Below, one piece after another: positions 1 through 11,602 of a stretch of 64,000 nt of DNA (position 1 is its first letter; each line of letters starts with the position of its first letter). The notes under the pieces are model-generated. The model ran no database searches. It worked only from the letters and a program-made list of their open reading frames with translations, and had not been told where the DNA came from. Position numbers and translations under genes: made by a program. Origin of the DNA: Eledone cirrhosa (taxonomy: Eukaryota); NCBI GenBank assembly GCA_964016885.1, contig OZ024741.1:305350001-305414000 (forward strand). Direction: 5' to 3'.

Positions 1-62
1 GAACAACCAAACTTAGAAATTCTTTTCTATTAAGTTTATCTGGTTGGTTTGACTTAGCCAAT

Positions 63-1242
63 ATGGTGAAACAAAAAGATTCTTACAACATCACACCTGT
101 TGAACAACGAGATGGAAATAACACTGAGATTGACAAACAAGATTCTCTCGTCGATAAAGTAACATGGAGACATTATTCATTTTTCTTTATTCATTTTTTG
201 GAAGATATATCATATGCTATTAGCTATCCTGTAATGGATCAATATTTGTATGCCAAATTAGCCGAAGAACACATTGAAAATACTTCATTCTCTATTAATT
301 CGACTTTCAGTCATGGAGGCAATTCACTGTGCTCAGTGAACAAGACATCACCTGCTTATATATTACAACAGAAAGTCCAGGCTGAAGCAGCGTCATGGGG
401 GTTTTATTTTGTTTTGACACAAGGCATACCTCAATCATTTATGGTTCTGCTTATGGGAAGTTGGGCTGATGTTCTTGGCAGAAAACCAGTCATGGCCTTT
501 AATATGTTAGGCTATGCTGCAAGATGTGCCATCTACATAGCTGTAATGCATTGGAAATTACCAACAGGGTATCTTCTTATAGGATATTTTCTAGAGGGGA
601 TTGCTGGGGGTTATTACGGTAATACTCTTCTGGCCGTTGTATATACTGTAGATTTAACTGCAAAGGGACGCTTCAGAGGAACATTTCTAGTCATTGTAAA
701 CAACCTGTCTTATTTATTCTATGGCATTGTTAACTTTGGCACAGGCTATTTTATTCGTACTTATGGCTTTTTCTGGCCAATAGTCAGCTCTTTTATATTT
801 AAAATCATTCTCATTATTTTAATATTAGTTCTCCCCAAAGAAACAATGAAAACACGAGGCAGTTGGTCAGAACTTAAACTTGGTAAAAGCATTAAGCGAG
901 TTTTGAAATTTTATCTGAAAGCTGATAGACACCAAAATAAAAATTCTCGCTTAAAATTTTATTTGTGCATCCTATGTTTCATAACTTTATGTCAAAGTAT
1001 ATATGGCACATGGTCTATTGAAACATTGTACCAGTTCAACTCACCATTTTGCTTTGATTCTATCAAGCGTGGACGTTATGTTGGAATAATATCCATTGTT
1101 CAACCGGCCGTCAGTGTCATTTCTTTAAAGATTTTACAGCGATTTTTTGAAGATGATATAATTGGTCTCATTGCAATCTTCTCATCGATAACCCAGAATG
1201 TAATTGTAGCTTTATCATATTCAGAATGGATGATTTACACAG
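63..1242 (+). CDS. SLC46-family (proton-coupled folate transporter / SLC46A3-like) MFS transporter, coding exon 1 of 4
   Basis: Multi-TM ORF with GSWADVLGRKP (DxxGR[RK] loop of SLC46/MFS), LEGIAGG, large glycosylatable first loop with Cys and YQFNSPFCFD. Donor ACAG|gtaact at 1242/1243, phase 1. Paralog identity not resolvable. Confidence 0.9.
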
Positions 1243-2299
1243 GTAACTATTTATTGAAATGTTTTTCACATCAATATTCTCAATATTCTTCACAACCTCA
1301 CTAAGCACTTTTGAGAAAGAATTAACTAACCATGACACACTTTTGATTCTCAGTGGTCCTAAGTCATTAATGAATTTGAGAAAGACATAAAAGAATAAAC
1401 ATAATTACATCCTCATTTTCTTTTCCTCATAAAATAGATGACTTCTGTCCCTAGTCAAAACATAAACACTATTTATTTTCCATGCAAATGATAGCCTTGA
1501 GTTTTTTTCCTTGGATTCTGTTGTTTTGTCCTATCAGCAGCATATGTACATCTTCGTATATGCATAGTTATCGAATAAGGTTTAGTAAGATCAAAACATA
1601 TCTGGAGTTGTCACTGTGTCTGTTAAACCACATTAGCTATTTCCAATATCAATTAATTTGGACTTACCTCATTTCAAAAGCAATGTTTTATATTTTTTAT
1701 GTTGAATTGTCTCTCTTGCTTTTGGTTTTATTAAGCACCGTTGAACACTGTTTACCTTACCACAACAACACAGGTAGAGTTTTGATTAATTAAATTTATT
1801 GTTCTTGCCATATTAGCACTTATTTCAGTGTGTATGAATATGTATGTATATATGTATATATAAATGTATGTTTTTATGTATGTATGTACCCCAAACTTGC
1901 CACAATCCAATTACTGAAACCATTAAAAGAATAAAAGAATAGCAAGAAAAACAGACATTAAAAGATGATAATAATTGTTCTATTTTTGGCACAAGGCCAG
2001 CAATTATCCCAGTGCATTACTGGTGCTTTATTTTATTGACCCATAAGGATGAAAGGCAAATTTAACCTTGGCAGGATTTGAACTTAGACTGCAAAGGTGT
2101 GTAACTCTATGCTGCAACGCATGGTGTCCAATACTGCCAACCCTAATAATGATGATGATATATTTAGTCAACCGTTGTTAAACCATACTAATAGGGAGGA
2201 GGGTGTCTGTTTTATTTGATTATCTGAGCTAAGTGATGGTAGGATTTAATATTGTATACATATACGGTTTTGAAAATAAATACACTGTATGCTGGACAT

Positions 2300-2550
2300 C
2301 ATCTTCTTCACCCACTTATTCTTGAGAGGGTTGTAGGGGTAGAATCCTCAAACACTGCTTCCAACAGTTTGTGTCAGAAGCAACCATCTCCAACTGATCC
2401 AGCTGGATCCCCAAGCAAGACCAGCCAAGCTCATGGATGTTATCCAACCATCTTGTTCAGGGTTTACCCTTGGGTCTCCTGCCTGTTGCTTTTGCCTTAA
2501 AATCTGTTCAGCGATTCTTTCCTGAGTCATTCTAACCACATGCTGGACAT
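2300..2550 (-). mobile_element. RTE-like LINE 3' fragment (related copy at about 14240-14480)
   Basis: Minus frame HVVRMTQERIAEQIL resembles the RTE ORF C-terminus; second copy in window. Confidence 0.5.
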
Positions 2551-2593
2551 GATAAACTGTAATAAAATTACAGAAAATACTGTAAATATTATA

Positions 2594-3113
2594 TCTGTAT
2601 ACTACTAAAACTCTGTGATTGCTTGCTTGTCTGTAATGTAATACAGCCAAAAGGGCGCATAATGGGAAAATACTTTGAAAGGAAGTTGACCCTGAAATGG
2701 GGATTCAAATGAAATAAAACAAGTTTCGTGTAAATCAGAGCATGGATTCCCGAGATATGGGGTTTTTCCGGGTACCTTCATAAACAGAGAGAGAGAGGGA
2801 TAGAAAGAGATAGTGGTTGTGAGAGAGTAGATTGAAATAGAGACATAGAGAGAGAGCTAGGGGTGTTGTTGTGTATGTGAGTGTGTATGCCTATGACCAG
2901 TGTATATAGATCACAGACACCAACATATATATATATATACACATATATATATAATTATACACACACACACGTATATATGGGCCTTCCAGTTTCATTTCAC
3001 ATTATATACATGTCTGAGTATATTTTAGTTATTTGAAAATTATTTTTAAGTGAACATGATTTTTAAAAAATATTTTGAAGTGAACGTGACCCAATGGGTC
3101 ATGGAAGGTCTAG
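2594..3113 (+). mobile_element. Non-autonomous Helitron, family A
   Basis: A|TC 5' end, GTGACCCAATGGGTCAT subterminal hairpin, CTAG|T 3' end; homologous copies at 46.8-50.7 kb. Confidence 0.8.
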
Positions 3114-4318
3114 TAGTTATATAAAAATTAAATATATTTTATATAATTATTCTATATTACAGTATGTAAAAAAATTAAAAGTTAGCCCCATAAATTGTTT
3201 ATTTTCATTTACATGTGATAGATGATAGAGGAACTTAATGTAGTGGACGTAGTCACTTGTCACCATGAGTTAGTTTAGAGGTTTTCAAAGTGGGTGCTAC
3301 CCCCTCCCCCAGGGGGTGTTGGGGGCCTAAGGGAGTGGTGGGGGTTGGTGGTAGTATATTAAATATCAAATAATACGTTATATATAAATATAGCAAAATA
3401 AAAAAGATATAATATTTATTTATACATAGTATATATTATTATTTATTATATATAAATTAACAATTTTATTTATTATATATTTTTTACAATTTGCATGTTG
3501 GCAAGTCTTTCTGCAAATAGGGTTGGGGTGCTGAAGGTTTTTTTGTGGTCATGGGGTGGGGGATGGAGGGGGCATGACCCAAAAAGTTTGAGACCCCCCT
3601 CCCCCACAGTTAGTTGAACAATAATGCTTCATTGGTCCTTGCCTCAGGATAGATATAACAGCTGTTGATTATATCTATCCTCAGTCACCTCAGACTTATG
3701 AGGGAAGGAGACTGTCTTTAGACCAGTTTGTCCCAACCCTGCTGCAGCTGTTATATCTATCCTCAGGCTTCTATATGAGGCAAGGACCAATGAAGCATTA
3801 TTTTCAACTAACGGGGGGGGGGCTCAAACCTTTTTGGGTCATGCTCCCTCCATCTCCCACCCCATGACCACAAAAAAACCTTCAGCACCCCAACCCTATT
3901 TGCAGAAAGACTTGCCAACATGCAAATTGTAAAAAATATATAATAAATAAAATTGTTAATTTATATATAATAAATAATAATATATACTATGTATAAATAA
4001 ATATTATATCTTTTTTATTTTGCTATATTTATATATAATGTATTATTTGATATTTAATATACTACCACCAACCCCCACCACTCCCTTAGGCCCCCAACAC
4101 CCCCTGGGGGAGGGGGTAGCACCCACTTTGAAAACCTCTAAACTAACTCATGGTGACAAGTGACTACGTCCACTACATTAAGTTCCTCTATCATCTATCA
4201 CATGTAAATGAAAATAAACACTTTATGGGGCTAACTTTTAATTTTTTTACATACTGTAATATTGAATAATTATATAAAATATATTTAATTTTTATATAAC
4301 TACTAGACCTCCCATGAC
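3098..4318. repeat. Large inverted duplication, arms about 3098-3646 and 3777-4318
   Basis: About 550 nt arms are near-exact reverse complements (e.g. gtcatggaaggtctagtagtt / aactactagacctcccatgac). Confidence 0.92.
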
Positions 4319-4639
4319 AATTAATTAATGAAGAATTTTGAGGGATTTACTAAAATCATTCATTTGGAGTGGCAGTATCGGTAGAGGGTCGGACGCCATG
4401 CTTTCCAGCATAGTTACGTCCCTTTACGATCTGAGTTCAAATCCCACTGAAGTTGACTTTGCCTTTCATCCTTACGGGGTCGATAAAATAAAGTACCAGT
4501 AATGCACTGGGTAATTGCTGGCCTTGTGGCTAAAGTAGAAACAATTATTTCCCTTACGGGGTCGATAAAATAAAGTACCAGTAATACACTGGTTAATTGC
4601 TGGCCTTGTGCCTAACGTAGAAACAATTATTTCATTACT

Positions 4640-5956
4640 AAGGGCCATAACTCTATGCTGCAAAATATGGTGTCTGACGCTCTACTGATACTGCTAATCT
4701 GCATAATTAAAAAAATTAGTAGATCAGAAGGGGCTCCATGTTACAACCAAATATCAAAATGCTTTCCTGCAACAAGCAGTTACAACAAAGTCATTAAAAG
4801 GTAGTTAACTTTGAAATTAAGTTTGCTTTTTCTTTTTTAGGTAATTTATATATAGTAATTAGATTTTTACAAAATAATTTATATTTTAAGAATATATAAT
4901 TATAGTTTCTTGAATGCAGCCGCAGCCATTAATGGCGGTTGATTGGCAGTATCGGTAGAGTGTCGGATGCCATGCTTTGCAGCAAAGAGTTACGTCCCTT
5001 TATGGTCTGAGTTCAAATCCTGCCAAGGTTAACTTTGCCTTACGGGGTCGATAAAATAAAGTACCAGTAATACACTGGGATAATTGCTGGCCTTGTGCCA
5101 AAAGTAGAAACAATTATTTCATTACTAAGATGATAGTAACTTAATGTGAAGTTCTTATACAAAATTATATTGGAAGATTTTAATTTGAATTGGAAACATT
5201 TAAAATGGGTGATCTTATTTCATAGAATCAGAGCCAATTTTAGCCGGGTTGGTAACTAATGGGTTAAGACAGTTCTCTTTTATAACCAGTTGCCATGTAA
5301 GGTGGTAGTACCGGAGTCATGATAAAATACTCCCAGCACATGTTGCAAAGTGGTTGGTATTAGAAATGGCCTCAAACATAATGTATGATCCAGATGTAAG
5401 CCCCTAGTGCACAATGTAAGGTGCTTGTGTTAGTGTCATGACAAAGGGCACCTAGTCCTCCCTGTAAGGTGATATGACAAAAGAGCACCTAGCCTTCCCT
5501 GCAAGGTAGTCATGCTCGTGACATGACAAGAGGAACTCACTCAAAGAATGCACTAAAAGATCTTATTTACATTAAATATTTTACAAAATAACAATGTAGA
5601 ATAGATGGGGTACCTTTTTATGTTGAAAGACCACATTAAGTGACTTGTAATATAATAAGGCTGCGGCTGCATTCAAGAAACTATAATTATATATTCTTAA
5701 AATCTAAATTATTTTGTAAAAATCTAATTACTATATATAAATTAACTAACAACGAAAAAAAAAAAAGAAAAAGCAAACTTAATTTCAAAGTTAACTACTT
5801 TTTAATGACTTTGTTGTAACTGCTTGTTGCAGGAAAGCATTTTGATATTTGGTTGCAGCATGGAGCCCCTTCTGATCTACTAATTTTTTAATTATGCAGA
5901 TTAGCAGTATCAGTAGAGCGTCATACACCATGCTTTGCAGCAGAGTTATGGCCCTT
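4640..5956. repeat. Inverted duplication, arms 4640-4927 and 5659-5956
   Basis: About 290 nt arms reverse complementary (ttcttgaatgcagccgcagcc / ggctgcggctgcattcaagaa), about 730 nt spacer. Confidence 0.88.
4934..5118 (+). mobile_element. tRNA-derived SINE family 1 (many copies, e.g. 4366-4630, 5900-6080, 6400-6550 minus, 17747-17915 minus, 33130-33305 minus)
   Basis: A-box-like TGGCAGTATCGGTAG, B-box GAGTTCAAATCC, central CTTTGCCTTTCATCC...GGGGTCGATAAAATAAAGTACCAG in full copies (resembles the MetaSINE domain), tail GGCCTTGTGCC...GTAGAAACAATT. Confidence 0.8.
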
Positions 5957-6959
5957 TATGTTCTAAGTTCAAACCCCACCGAGATTAACTTTGCCTTTCA
6001 TCCTTACAGGGTCGATAAAATAAAGTACCAGTAATGCACTGGGTAATTGTTGGCCTTGTGCCAAAAGTAGAAACAATTATAGCTGTCTGTCAGTGTTGAT
6101 TATTTCGTTGAATTTTCTTTTACTCTTTGATGTTTACAATGCGTTCATCTTATGGTTTAAATTAAAATAATAAGAGATAGACAAAAACATTAATAAAAGT
6201 TAAAAATTTGTTGGAACATTTTATTCGTTCAAAAGGGCAAGCAGAATGGCCATAAGGTTGCAGGTTCCTCATCTCTGATATAGAAGTATAAACAAGACTG
6301 GTTGATTTACAAGTCATTGGGAAATTTTAAACTATAGTCCCACAATGCAGATCAATATAATAATTGTTTCTACTTTTGGCACAAGGCCAGCAATTACCCA
6401 GTGCATTACTGGTACTTTATATAAATATAATAATTGTTTCTACTTTTGGCACAAGGCCAGCAATTACCCAGTACATTACTGGTACTATATTTGATCGACC
6501 CTGTATGGATGAAAGGCAAAGTTAACCTCGGTGGGATTTGAACTCAGATCATAATAATAGTTGATAACTATAAATGATAGTTGCTTTATGGTGACTATAT
6601 TTCAAATTCCAAATTTTCCCCAAATCAACCAATCTTGTTTACACTTCTAGCTATTCGTTTATCTCTTCTAAAAGATATTATTAGTTGCAGGACACTCTCT
6701 GGCATCATGGTTAAAAGTGCTCCCCCAGCATATAAGAGACGCATGATTTGGTTCCTTACAGTTAACTGCTCACTTTTTCCATCTCCAGGAGTACTTTACT
6801 TGATATATTCAACTAATATGAATAGTGATCGACAATTATTATAGTCATCTATGTTGGAATGACTACATTGCATATACATATATATATAATCACAAGGTTC
6901 CAATACAGAGAATATTAGATAAACAAAAGATATAATGTTTCTTATTTTACTTCTTTCAG

Positions 6960-7043
6960 CTGGATTAATTGGTGCCCCAGGACTGCTGTCTTTTGCCATG
7001 ATACGGACAATTGTTTCACAACTTTCTGATGCCAAAGAACAAG
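6960..7043 (+). CDS. SLC46-family transporter exon 2 (AGLIGAPGLLSFAMIRTIVSQLSDAKEQG)
   Basis: tttcag acceptor, 84 nt, phase 1/1, G|gtatat donor; IRxxxSxLxxxxEQG is the SLC46 motif. Confidence 0.9.
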
Positions 7044-8158
7044 GTATATATCATTATCATCATTTTTACATCCGTTTTCGATGCTAGCATGGGTTGTCAA
7101 AGTGAGACAAGTCGGGTTACAGCAACCTCATATGTTCCATATTTTATATGGTTTCTACAGCAGGTTGCAGTTCCTAACACTAGCGCAACCTAGTGTACTG
7201 GGTGCATTTTTTTCATCACAACAGCTCTACCACTTTACAGTGTGTGCTGGGTGTTTTTTCATGGCACCAGCATTACAGCTTTAGAGAATGAACAAGGTGC
7301 ATTTTATCATGACACCAGTACTAGCATGTTACAGGGTTGACTGGGTGTGTTTTATTGAGGTATTAGCATTAGAGAAGTTATCACATGCTTGTCCACACTG
7401 AAGAGTCCTCTCAAACCCTGTATTGTTTCGACACATTTACTTTTAGTGTTGCAGTGCTTGTATTGGAGGATGGGTCTTTTGTATTATGGCATATCACCAT
7501 ATAGCTTGGTCCTGTGTCAGCTCGTTCGTAAGATTCAGTTTTTTCCTCTAGTTCAAAAGAGAGTGGACATTAAAGTGTTTTAACAACTGTCTTTGTAATG
7601 GTAGTGAATGTCAGAATGAGTGATAAAATAAAGTACAAGTAACGTAATGGTGTCAATTTAATCGACTTTTCCCTCTCCTAAAAATTGTTGGCCTTGTGCC
7701 TAAATCAGAAACCATTATTTTTTGGCAGGACAATTAGGGTGTTGAATAATTTGCTTTGTGGCATTTTTCTTTTTTACTCTTTACATCCTGAATTCAAATC
7801 CCACAGAGGTCAATATAATCAACTTTCTCCTCACCTTAATTTAGTGGCCTTGTGCCTAAATTAGAAACCAAAGGCAGTGGATTGGCTGTATCTGTAGAGC
7901 ATCGGACATGCTTTGCAGCATAGTTACATCCCTTTACAACATTTTGAGTTCAAATCCTGCCGAGGTTTCATCCTTATGCAGGTCAATAAAATAAAGTACC
8001 AGTAATACACTGGGGTCAATTTAATTGACTTTCACTTTCCCCAAATTGTTGGCCTTGTCCCTAAATCAGAAAACATTATTTATTCATTAATTCATTAATT
8101 TCTCCGGTCATGTATTTTGACATTTTACCCACCTTTATTCTGATTTCAAAATGTACAG

Positions 8159-8315
8159 GTTCAGTTTTTGCGGGTCTTGGAACAGTGGAAGCTATTTGCG
8201 GAATGACTAGTTCTTTGATGTTAAATTCCATTTATGCTCACACTTTGCTCTGGATGAAAGGATTTGTATTTATTGTGGTAGCTATCTGCTGCATAGCTCC
8301 TGCATCACTTTTATT
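8159..8315 (+). CDS. SLC46-family transporter exon 3 (GSVFAGLGTVEAICG...IYAHTLLWMKGFVF)
   Basis: tacag acceptor, TT|gtaagt donor, phase 1/2, frame continuous with exon 2. Confidence 0.9.
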
Positions 8316-10939
8316 GTAAGTATTTTGTTTTTATTTTTTTACATACCACCACTATTTCTAAACATCATGAATTACATGGAAGTACATTAGTAAGACATTC
8401 TTGAAAAGTATGAATCAGCACTATGATGGCATCGTTTAACATGTATCCAGCGAAAATTCTTTCCTCTTTTTGAAACTGGCTGTAACCAGTTGCTCATACC
8501 AATGTTAAGGCATCATTCTTAAAATAAACAATAACATCATCAAAATCTCATAGACTCAAGATTATGTGAAATAATTATGTGAGATAAAGCCTTTACCATG
8601 AATATAGAATAGTAAATATAGAGTCACGTGAATGCTAAAGGGTTAAATAATTAATATCTTTATTCTAATATTGCAAATTTTCATAACAATCTGTCCATTA
8701 GTAAAGTTACTATAAACATTTGAATTAACAAAACCGTTTTTAGATAATATCTGCTAAATCATTACTGGATATTAAGAGTTAATTAACAACTTCAAATAAA
8801 CAACATTTAGAAAAAAATGATTGTTTCACATTAAAAATTAATGTCTTTATTCTAATACTGCAATTTTTCACAATGATCTGTTCACCAATAAAATACTATA
8901 AACATTTGAATTAACCAACATATTTTTAGATATTTTCTTCTAAATAATTACAGGATGTTAAGAGTTAATTTAATAATAAAAAAGAAACAATACCTTTGCA
9001 TTGTTGAAGATGGGTCATAGTCAAAGATGGATCTTTGCATTAAAAAAATAATTGTTTCTACTTTAGGCACAAGGCCAGCAATTACCCAGTGTATTACTGG
9101 TACTTTATTTTATCGACCCCATAAGGATGAAAGGCAAAAAAAAATAATAAGTGAAATAGGTCAAATATTTTAACCAGAATAATAAAAAAAAAATATTACA
9201 AAGAGTGAGTTAATTGCAAAGATTCAGATGAGAATCAAAACTGTATTACCAAACTGTTTTCTGGCAGTTTAACACTTCCTTTCAGTGTGGGTACTATATT
9301 AATCTTGTACATAATTTGACTATGAGGTTTTATGCTGTTAGTTAAAATCTACTGCAGGGTATCAGATAGGTCTTAAGTGATGTAAAGTGTCCCATAACAC
9401 AGATCATGTAGGGTCTTAGTGATGTAGAGTGTCTCACAACACATTGAATTTTAAAAGTACCCCTGAGAAGTTTTTGTGAAGGGTGTTTCAAGGGCAAGTT
9501 TTCCGAGTCGAATCTATTTCTCTCTGTTATATCAATGGGCGTATCAAGTCCAACACAAGACCAATCAGCTTATATTGTTTCCATCTCCTTACAATGGTGA
9601 TTTATACAATCTTATTGTACTTATTTACAAATTGTGGACATATCCTGGTCAAATGGTTAAGAAGATTGTTTTGCAATCCTTGGGTCATGGGTTCAATCCT
9701 ACATCATGGCATCTTGGGCAAGTGTCATTTACCAAGCCTTAGGAGTGAAATTTAGGAAGCCCATTGATTGACTATATCTGTAAATTCAAAGGACCAGCCT
9801 TGTCACACAATGTGTCATGCTGAATCTCCCTGAGAATTACATTAAGGGTTTACATGTGTTTGTGTGGAATTGCACGTTAATTTCATGAGCAGGCTGTACT
9901 GTTGATTGAACAATTGGAGCACTCATTGTTGAAACTGATGCCAGTCCATTCTATGTACAGATTAGTGATAGGGTTGAGTGTTTAGTGTAGGGTTTCTCAA
10001 ACGTTTTACCTGATAGATACCTTGTAACAAAATTTAATTTCTATTCACTGGCAAACAAATTAATTTACCAGTGTCTAATACAACTTACATGAGTAATCTA
10101 TAAATGCAAACACACCTTGCTTGAATTATATTTTAATGGGCAGTATGGATTTGGTAGGCACAGAGAAGATTATAAATATTATAAAATCTCAGGTTCTGCC
10201 GTATACAAACTTGGAAAAACTACTAAAATGGGCTCAACTGTTGCACAAAGCTTCAGGTTTTTTTTCCTACACTTTTATAAATGCAAACTTGTAAATTCAC
10301 CCACTGTGGATTCCTAAGTTTTTATTCACCCCAAGGGCCTATATGAACTACACTGAAGCCTCAGTTGAATTTATTGGCCATTAAAACTAGCTCATCGTTC
10401 ATTTGATTGTCTGAAAATCTGTTGATTTAGGTAGATGCTACTCAGTTGTTTGCTTATCTACTTAAGTATGGAGAATGCACACCAAATAATCTTTGGGAAT
10501 AGACTAAGGACTTATCCAAGGGTATAAAATATACAATCAGCTTTATTGAAGAAGAGAAAGTGAATATGGTAAGGAAGGAAAGTGGTTACTGTTCAACAGG
10601 GATGGATTAATCATAAAACAAAACAAACACATGCTTAGGGCATCAAAGAAAGAGAGATACCTTTTTATTCAAATTAAAGTCATAAAAAAAGCACAAATTT
10701 TTGCAGTCTTTATATACAGGAGAGGATGCGATCATAATCATTCAAGTGTTTAGAGCCTCAAAATAACCTAATCTAGGTTCAGTAGTAGAAAGTAAGCTCT
10801 AGTAAGCTGAATCATAGACCCAGTTTTGATTCTCACATTGTTAATGTTCCTAGGAAGGACACTAACATTACTTCTCATTTCTTTACTCCCTGAAATATCT
10901 TTAAAGCCCGATGTATAGTGAAGAATCAATTTTATAATA

Positions 10940-11332
10940 TCATCATCATCATTTTATGTCCATCTTTTCATGTTTGCATTGGTTGGACAGGTGTTTCCCA
11001 GCTTACCTTTTTTCATTCTCACTTTTGCCCAAGTCTTCCTCTACTGCAGCTTCCTTCCATTGGGAACATCTGGCACTTCTTCATTCAACAATTATTATCC
11101 ATCTGCATCACATATTCATACCATAGCAGTCACCCCCTCATGCACACTACATTTGATTCCTCTTATACCCAGTTTTTTCCCCAGTCTAGCCATCATGCAT
11201 ATTAACATCACAGTCATCAAAGTATGTTTGCTTCTTTTCTCTCAAGCCTCTACATATCCGTTGCATAATACAGCTGGCCTTTTGAACATAGAGAGAAATC
11301 TTTTGTTGTCAATAGAGGCAGTATTTCCTTGA
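10940..11332 (-). mobile_element. Degenerate RTE LINE 3' fragment
   Basis: Homologous to RTE copies at 38.5 and 47 kb; (ATC)n tail. Confidence 0.6.
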
Positions 11333-11382
11333 AAGTTTTATAATTTTAGAATAATTCTATTTGGCTTCTGATATTTTTTCAG

Positions 11383-11602
11383 GGCTCTTCACTTTGTGAT
11401 CAAGAAAGAACAAAAACATCATGGTGAATTTACTGTTCAAACAGTAGAGATGGAAAGTAAAGATGGTACGCCAAGTACGTCAGAGAGCCCCAATGATGAA
11501 ACAGTGAAATCCAGCAAAGAGGAAACAGGGCAAATCAAGAGTAAACAAACAGAAACAGTAAAAGGGGAACATAATCAAGGATATGTGAATGAGGGAGAAT
11601 GA
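11383..11602 (+). CDS. SLC46-family transporter terminal exon (hydrophilic C-tail ending HNQGYVNEGE*)
   Basis: ttttttcag acceptor, phase 2 compatible; spliced CDS totals 1641 nt = 546 aa plus stop. Confidence 0.85.

Noticed and set aside
1243-1304. C-terminus of the 413 aa ORF (GNYLLKCF...)
   Set aside because: Intron read-through past the donor at 1243; the spliced model restores the last TM helices
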